Positions 58,921 through 64,000 of a DNA stretch of 64,000 nucleotides are shown one piece after another. The stretch lies in the NCBI GenBank assembly GCA_965242695.1, contig CBDESU010000001.1, forward strand, positions 352,001 to 416,000, given 5' to 3'. The first letter of the stretch is position 1, and every line of letters starts with the position of its first letter. The notes beneath the pieces were generated by a model. It had not been told where the DNA came from and ran no database searches. It saw nothing but the letters and a program-made list of their open reading frames with translations. The stretch is from Cenarchaeum sp. GTDB lineage: Archaea > Thermoproteota > Nitrososphaeria > Nitrososphaerales > Nitrosopumilaceae. A program made the translations under genes and the position numbers.

Positions 58921-59805
58921 TCATGCCGGCCCCTCCCCCTCCTTATTGTCTCTTTCCCAGAGCCTGAAGAACTCGTCGGGCGGCAGCCACCCGATCGACG
59001 AGTGGACCCTGTTGGCGTTGTAGTCCTTGAAGGCGTAGGCCAGGTACTTCTCGGCCTCCTGGAAGCTCTCAAAGTCGTGCGGGCGGACGTAGTCGCGCTT
59101 GAGCGTGTTGTGGAACGACTCGATGTGGCCGTTCTGCTGGGGGGTGCTGACCCAGATGTACTCGACGACGAGGCCGAGGACCTTCATCGCCGCCCTGAAC
59201 TCGCCGCTCCTGTACTGCGAGCCGTTGTCGCAGCGCACGCGGATCCCCTTGACCCGCTCGGGCCGCAGCTCCGCCACGACCTCGGTCACCGACTGGACGG
59301 CCGACGACGCCTGGGCAGACGTCGAGAACACGTATCCAAGCCAGCGGCGCGTGAACACGTCGAACACGTTGAAGCAGTAGCACCACCCGTCGACGCCGCA
59401 GTCTATATACGTAATGTCCGTCTCGAGCAGCTGGTACGGCGCCGTGGGGAAGAACTGCGGTTTCCGCGCCTTTGCAGCCCGAATCGCCTGTTTTTTCGTC
59501 ATTTTTGGCCCTTTTATCTCCAAGATGTCGCATATTCGCACCACCTTCTTGCGGTTGACCCGGCGCCGCATCTCGTACGATGCGGTGTGCGCGATCATCC
59601 TCGTCCCGTAGGTGGGCCTCTCCGAGGATATGCGGGTCACGGCCTTTGCGACGGCCATGTCGATGTCCCTCTTGACGGGCCTCTTCTTGTAGTAGTACGC
59701 CTGGCGCGAGACGCCGCAGTACTTTAGCGCCCGGGTCAGGCTCACCTTGCCCTCCGCTATCCTCTTGACCGCGCTCACCCTCTCCTCAACTCCCAGCTTT
59801 TTTTT
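58921..59805 (-). CDS. IS3 OrfB DDE transposase (expressed by -1 frameshift)
   Basis: TYGTRMI, ETDITYI, CDNGSQYRS, PQQNGHIESFHNTLK, YNANRVHSSIG. Confidence 0.92.
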   Translation of the reverse strand, partial: KKKLGVEERVSAVKRIAEGKVSLTRALKYCGVSRQAYYYKKRPVKRDIDMAVAKAVTRISSERPTYGTRMIAHTASYEMRRRVNRKKVVRICDILEIKGPKMTKKQAIRAAKARKPQFFPTAPYQLLETDITYIDCGVDGWCYCFNVFDVFTRRWLGYVFSTSAQASSAVQSVTEVVAELRPERVKGIRVRCDNGSQYRSGEFRAAMKVLGLVVEYIWVSTPQQNGHIESFHNTLKRDYVRPHDFESFQEAEKYLAYAFKDYNANRVHSSIGWLPPDEFFRLWERDNKEGEGPA

Positions 59806-60074
59806 AACTCGGCATTGACCAAGGTCAGCTCGCCGACGACGATCTTGAGCGACTCGTTCTCCTTGGCCAGCGCCTTTGCAGGATCGCTCCTGCCGTTGCC
59901 TCCTATGCCGGCGAGCTCCCTCTTGCCCGCGTCCATGAACCTCTTGCGCCAGTTGTCGAACGTGGTTGGCGAGAGGCCGTACTTGCGGCATATCCCGGCC
60001 ACGCCGATGTTCGTCGAGAGGTACTCGACCACTATGTCCACCCGCTCCTTGGCGGTCCACCGCTTGTGCGTCAT
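59775..60074 (-). CDS. IS3 OrfA (HTH plus leucine zipper)
   Basis: KRWTAKER...ICRKYGLSPTTFDNWRK...ENESLKIVVGELTL, ending in an A8G slippery tract. Confidence 0.9.
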   Translation of the reverse strand: MTHKRWTAKERVDIVVEYLSTNIGVAGICRKYGLSPTTFDNWRKRFMDAGKRELAGIGGNGRSDPAKALAKENESLKIVVGELTLVNAELKKSWELRRG

Positions 60075-60560
60075 TTTTTCGCCTCCCCGGCGCCCCCGGG
60101 GCTCTTAACCCCTCCCATTCCGATCGTTCTCACTCTACGGGGGCCCTCGCCAGTCTACCGCTTTACCGCCAAGGGGCGCAAGGCGTCGGACGAGTACGCA
60201 AGGGGTGTGTTCGAGAGGTCGGCAGAGCGGGCAAGAAAGGAGCGCGAGGAAGATCTCGGGGAGGCTCGGATCCCGACCACTACTGGCGCCGCTGTGGGGG
60301 GAAGGCCGCCGCCGACGCACACGGATGAATTGGCTTCAGATGTGCCTGCAATTTGAGGGCTACGGAGACGGCAGACCCTGCCCCAACCATGCGCTCGCAC
60401 GCCACGGCATGCCGCTCTGACCTGCCGGCGCGCACCGGGTGGGGGGGGGGGGGACGCGCCTACGCCCGTGCGCATTGGGACCGCCGCCGCGGGGCAAAAA
60501 CGGCCGCGCCGCGCCGCAGCCCATCATGAATTAATAAAGCCCTTGGCGGCGCCGCCTCTG

Positions 60561-60959
60561 ATGGGTGAGAGCGGCAACGCGCCTACAGATGCGCGCATTG
60601 CAAGCCTAGAGACAGAGCTGGGGGCGGTAAAGGATCAGGTCCGGTCTCTTGCGGAACAAGTGCCGGGCATCATTGCGGCTCTCTGCCTGCCCCTCCCGCG
60701 TGCCAGTCGCCTTGAAATGACGTTCCGGTATATGGAAAAATTGCCAAATGACGCCTTGGGTGCAATCGTCCGGCGCTACATCTCTGAAAGCCGGATGGCC
60801 GGCCTGAGCTTTGACGACATGCTGATCCCCGTGGTCAACGTCCTTGGCTTCGAGAGGGCATGGGAGATCATAGAGGCAAACCACTTGAGGGAGACGTACG
60901 GAGGCCATGCCGCATTGCGTTGGGAAGGGATGGGCGGGAGCCATTTGCGTAAGGGATAG
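60561..60959 (+). CDS. Hypothetical protein
   Basis: ATG 60561 follows TTAATAAAG, with a coiled-coil N-terminus. Confidence 0.55.
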   Translation: MGESGNAPTDARIASLETELGAVKDQVRSLAEQVPGIIAALCLPLPRASRLEMTFRYMEKLPNDALGAIVRRYISESRMAGLSFDDMLIPVVNVLGFERAWEIIEANHLRETYGGHAALRWEGMGGSHLRKG

Positions 60960-61330
60960 ATGCAGACACTGACAGATGTGCTCGCGGCCATTTCCACCTG
61001 TCAAGTGCGGGCGCACCATGCGGGCGCCAAGATGTGGCCAGATGGCGGCACTTCTGCGCAGGGGTCAGGGTCATTGCCCTGAACGCTTCAGATCGAGTTT
61101 CTTGGGGGGCATTTCGAATTTAAAATGAACTGCGATCCGGGCACCGGCGCTGCTAGAAGGCCCGATGTCACGGGGGATCCGCCCTGCATCGGCCCGGCTT
61201 GAGCGCCGCCGCTCCTGTCCGGCCGTGTCGCGGCAGCCTCCCGGCAACGCTGCGCTCGATGCCGTGCGCCTCAGCGGCGCGGCGACGCGCAGGCGGCGGA
61301 GTTTAATACACCCGCGCTCTCGGCCGCGCC

Positions 61331-62212
61331 GTGAGCTACGCCGACCTGTACATGAGCGGCAGCCCGATGATCGTCGGGTCGCCCCCTAGCGGCGAAGGAG
61401 GAGACATAGCGGCGACCGTGTTCGGCGTCCCATTCGACTCTACGCACTCGTACAAGCCGGGCACGCGCTTCGGGCCCGACGCCATCCGCGATGCGTTCAA
61501 CAACATAGAGGTGTTCCACCCAGACCTCGGCGTCGACCTCGAGTCGGCCGCCATACGCGACCTGGGAAACACAAAGCACACCGTCTCGACCGGCGAGATG
61601 ATCCGCATGGTCCGCGCCGTCTCTGGCGAGCTGGCCGGCGCCGGCGGCCGCCTGGCCGTCATGCTCGGCGGCGAACACCTCGTGACGTACGCCGCGTACA
61701 CGGCGATGCCGGCCGGAGTCGGACATGTAGTATTCGACGCCCACTACGACCTGCGCGACGGGTTCGCCGATGCGCCGATGAGCCACGCGTCGTACCTGCG
61801 GCGCGTCGTAGAGGAGCGCGGAACCGGCGACGGCATAGTGCACGTCGGCGCGCGCGCATACGCGGCCGAAGAGCTCGCATTCCTGCGCGAGCACGACATT
61901 GCGACCGTCTCGGACCGGGCCGTACGCGAGGGCAGGGGGCCGGCGCTGCTGCGCGACGCCGTCTCGACCATGGATGCGGCGTACGTAAGCTACGACCTCG
62001 ACGTGGTCGACCCGGGGTTCGCCCCGGGCGTCGGAAACCCAGAGGCCGCAGGGATAACGCCGCGCGAGCTGCTCGACATGATCGACTCGCTGCGCGAGCT
62101 GCGGGTGCCGGCCACCGACATAGTCGAGCTCTGCCCGCCGTACGACACCGGGGCGACAGCGGCCCTGGCGGCCCGGATAATGTCGACGATGATCGCGGCC
62201 GGGCTGGCCTGA
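61331..62212 (+). CDS. speB: Agmatinase
   Basis: GVPFDST...PGTRFGPDAIR, LGGEHLVT, FDAHYDL, DLDVVDPGFAPGVGNPE, DIVEL. Confidence 0.94.
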   Translation: MSYADLYMSGSPMIVGSPPSGEGGDIAATVFGVPFDSTHSYKPGTRFGPDAIRDAFNNIEVFHPDLGVDLESAAIRDLGNTKHTVSTGEMIRMVRAVSGELAGAGGRLAVMLGGEHLVTYAAYTAMPAGVGHVVFDAHYDLRDGFADAPMSHASYLRRVVEERGTGDGIVHVGARAYAAEELAFLREHDIATVSDRAVREGRGPALLRDAVSTMDAAYVSYDLDVVDPGFAPGVGNPEAAGITPRELLDMIDSLRELRVPATDIVELCPPYDTGATAALAARIMSTMIAAGLA

Positions 62213-62255
62213 CCCGTTCGGGCCCGCCGCCTGCGCGTGCGGGGACCTGCGCGCG

Positions 62256-62948
62256 TCATCTGCGCCCCTCTGTACGCTCGAACCCCCACACGGGGCATGC
62301 CGCATCGCACGCGCCCCCGCCGCCGCATGTAGCGACGGCGGCCAGCTCGCCTCCCAGCGCCCCGGCTTCCCTGCCGCCGGCGACGCACCGCGCCAGCCGC
62401 GCCTTGTCAAGCCTGCCGGCGCCCTGCGCGCCCCTTGCCTCGGCCATGCGGAGCAGGCACTTTTTCGGCAGGGCCGCCGCAGCGGCCGCCGCCCCGGCGC
62501 CCCCTTCGCGGCCCCTCCATCCTGCAGATCGCGGGGCGGCCCTTACCACGTCGACCCTGCCGCCGCGCCCGACGACGATCAGGCCGGCGCTGCGCACGGC
62601 GAACCTCCTCGGGGTATAGTCGGTCGCCACGTAGGCGCGGTCGGCGTAGTCGAGCAGGCGCCCGACCTGGGCGGCGGCCCTGCGCAGGTCGTCGCGCGAG
62701 GACTTTACCTCGACGGCGAGTATCTCCTGCCGCCCGCCACAACTCGGCGCCCCGGCCGCCGCGCCGGGCCGCCCGATCAGCAAAAGGTCGATGTCGGACA
62801 GTATGCTTCCCCACGCAATGTTGAACCTGGCGTGCGGGACGGCGTCGTATCCGGCCGCCTCGAAGAACGGGACGAGGCGCCGGATTATGCGCGCCTCGTG
62901 CACGCCCTCGCGCTTTGCCGACCTGGGGACTGCAGAGGCCCTGATCAT
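62256..62948 (-). CDS. Putative PD-(D/E)XK endonuclease-fold protein
   Basis: SDIDLLLI...ILAVEVKSSRDDL...QV..LLDYADRAYV, with a Cys-containing C-terminus. Confidence 0.6.
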   Translation of the reverse strand: MIRASAVPRSAKREGVHEARIIRRLVPFFEAAGYDAVPHARFNIAWGSILSDIDLLLIGRPGAAAGAPSCGGRQEILAVEVKSSRDDLRRAAAQVGRLLDYADRAYVATDYTPRRFAVRSAGLIVVGRGGRVDVVRAAPRSAGWRGREGGAGAAAAAAALPKKCLLRMAEARGAQGAGRLDKARLARCVAGGREAGALGGELAAVATCGGGGACDAACPVWGFERTEGRR

Positions 62949-63067
62949 GCATATGCCGCGCGGCGCGGCGCAAAGGCCTGCCCGGGCAGTATATTTTGAC
63001 CCGCGGGTCAGCTGCCGCGCCCCCCGCCGCGCGCGCCTTTATAACGGCCGCCGCGCCCGCATGCGCG

Positions 63068-63646
63068 TTGCTAAACCGACTGCGCGGCGCGCTCGCGCCC
63101 GGCCTGCGGGCGCTCGGAGCCGCGTTCGCATCGACCGGCCTGCCGCCGACGTTCTGGACGTGCGTCGGCCTGGCGCTTGCACTGGCCGCCGCCGTATCGT
63201 ACGGGCTCGGCGGGGCCTGGCAGTACGCGGCCGTTGCCGGCGGCGCGCTCATACTGACGTCGGGCTTTTTCGACATGGTCGACGGCCAGGTCGCCCGCGC
63301 GACAGGGAAGACCTCGAGGCGCGGGGCGTTCCTCGACTCCGTATTCGACAAGATCGCCGAGGTGGCCATATTCGGCGGCATACTCGCCGGCGGCCTGGCC
63401 GACGCCCGGCTGGTGTTCCTGGCCGCCGCCCTGTCGCTGCTGGTGAGCTACTCGCGATCGAGGGCCGACTCGCTCGGCGTCGACCTGGGTGGGACGGGGA
63501 TCGGCGAGCGCGCCGAGCGGCTGCTCGTCCTGGCCGTCGTCGGCATGGCGGGGCTCGTAGAGGTGGCCGTCGCCGCCGTCGCGGCCCTCGCCGCCGTCAC
63601 GCTGGTCCACCGCATTGCGGCCACGTACAGGCGTATCGGGGCGTGA
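63068..63646 (+). CDS. CDP-alcohol phosphatidyltransferase (archaetidylinositol-phosphate synthase-like)
   Basis: DMVDGQVAR...GAFLDSVFDK motif, VSYSRSRA, GERAERL. CTTTATAA upstream. Confidence 0.92.
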   Translation: MLNRLRGALAPGLRALGAAFASTGLPPTFWTCVGLALALAAAVSYGLGGAWQYAAVAGGALILTSGFFDMVDGQVARATGKTSRRGAFLDSVFDKIAEVAIFGGILAGGLADARLVFLAAALSLLVSYSRSRADSLGVDLGGTGIGERAERLLVLAVVGMAGLVEVAVAAVAALAAVTLVHRIAATYRRIGA

Positions 63647-63744
63647 GCCGCATCCGCTCTGCCGCCTGTGATGCCCCGCGCCCCCGCGGGCGAGTTCGTA
63701 AGGCGCATCGGGGCGTGAGCCGCGGCCGCGGGGGGCCGCCCTGC

Positions 63745-64000
63745 CTACCTGAGCCGGCCGCGCTGCCTGCGCGACGACTCTGACCTGATCTTTAGTATGC
63801 CAAAGTGTATCGCGCACGATATGCAGTACCACTTTAGGACCTTTGGGGACGCGATGTAGGCGCCCTGCGCGCGCAGCTCCTTGGCGAGGGTGCGCTCGAC
63901 GAGGCTCAGGCGTGACGTGACCTTCTTGGCCTTGTCGCGCGGGACGGTCTGCCCGCAGTTGGTGCACTGGACGACGCCCGACGACCCCTTGCCCCCCTTC
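63745..64000 (-). CDS. rps26e: 30S ribosomal protein S26e (5' end outside the window; absent from the ORF track)
   Basis: KGGKGSSGVVQCTNCGQTVPRDKAKK...KWYCISCAIHFGILKIRSESSRR. Confidence 0.93.
   Translation of the reverse strand, partial: KGGKGSSGVVQCTNCGQTVPRDKAKKVTSRLSLVERTLAKELRAQGAYIASPKVLKWYCISCAIHFGILKIRSESSRRQRGRLR

Larger units (their letters stand above)
58846..60152 (-). mobile_element. IS3-family insertion sequence
   Basis: TG...CA ends, ~30-bp imperfect inverted repeats (GGCCCCC..AGA.TGAGAACGAT), and a 4-bp target duplication GTCT (58842-45, 60153-56). Confidence 0.92.
58698..60356 (+). pseudogene. Small (~115 aa) hypothetical, possibly winged-helix, protein split by IS3
   Basis: Removing the IS and one target-site copy joins ...GWERGDGV to YRFTAKGRKASDEY... 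in frame. Confidence 0.6.

Noticed and set aside
60437-60453. Poly-G tract
   Set aside because: Intergenic with no demonstrable target, and its length is unreliable without reads.

Overview
High-GC archaeal DNA, most likely an ammonia-oxidising Nitrososphaerota (Thaumarchaeota, Nitrosopumilaceae-like). The evidence is ribosomal protein S26e, an archaeal-type ThrRS, CFI-box-CTERM surface proteins, mce/mcm/meaB genes of the 3HP/4HB cycle, and TATA boxes about 25 nt upstream of apparently leaderless starts. A host-associated (Cenarchaeum-like) lifestyle is a guess from GC content and gene decay. Core blocks: ppdK, mce-mcm-meaB, an M1 aminopeptidase, uvrBAC, trpEGDCBA, thrS, speB, a CDP-alcohol phosphatidyltransferase and rps26e. 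There are two decaying defence regions. The first (1-8.6 kb) holds a C5-methyltransferase divergent from a FokI-like endonuclease, IS66 and IS630 elements, a frameshifted AAA ATPase with a PIN nuclease, and a MITE-split ATPase. The second (39.3-47.7 kb) is a four-gene Hachiman-like cluster in which every gene is broken. The most unusual signal is an array of non-canonical tRNA-like genes on the minus strand next to thrS (54.9-55.6 kb). Two intact 93-nt cloverleaves carry Leu anticodons (CAG, UAG) on a Ser-like body (G73, 8-bp variable stem), and a third degenerate copy is interrupted at its anticodon by a MITE-like insert. All calls come from reading motifs by eye; no database searches were run.
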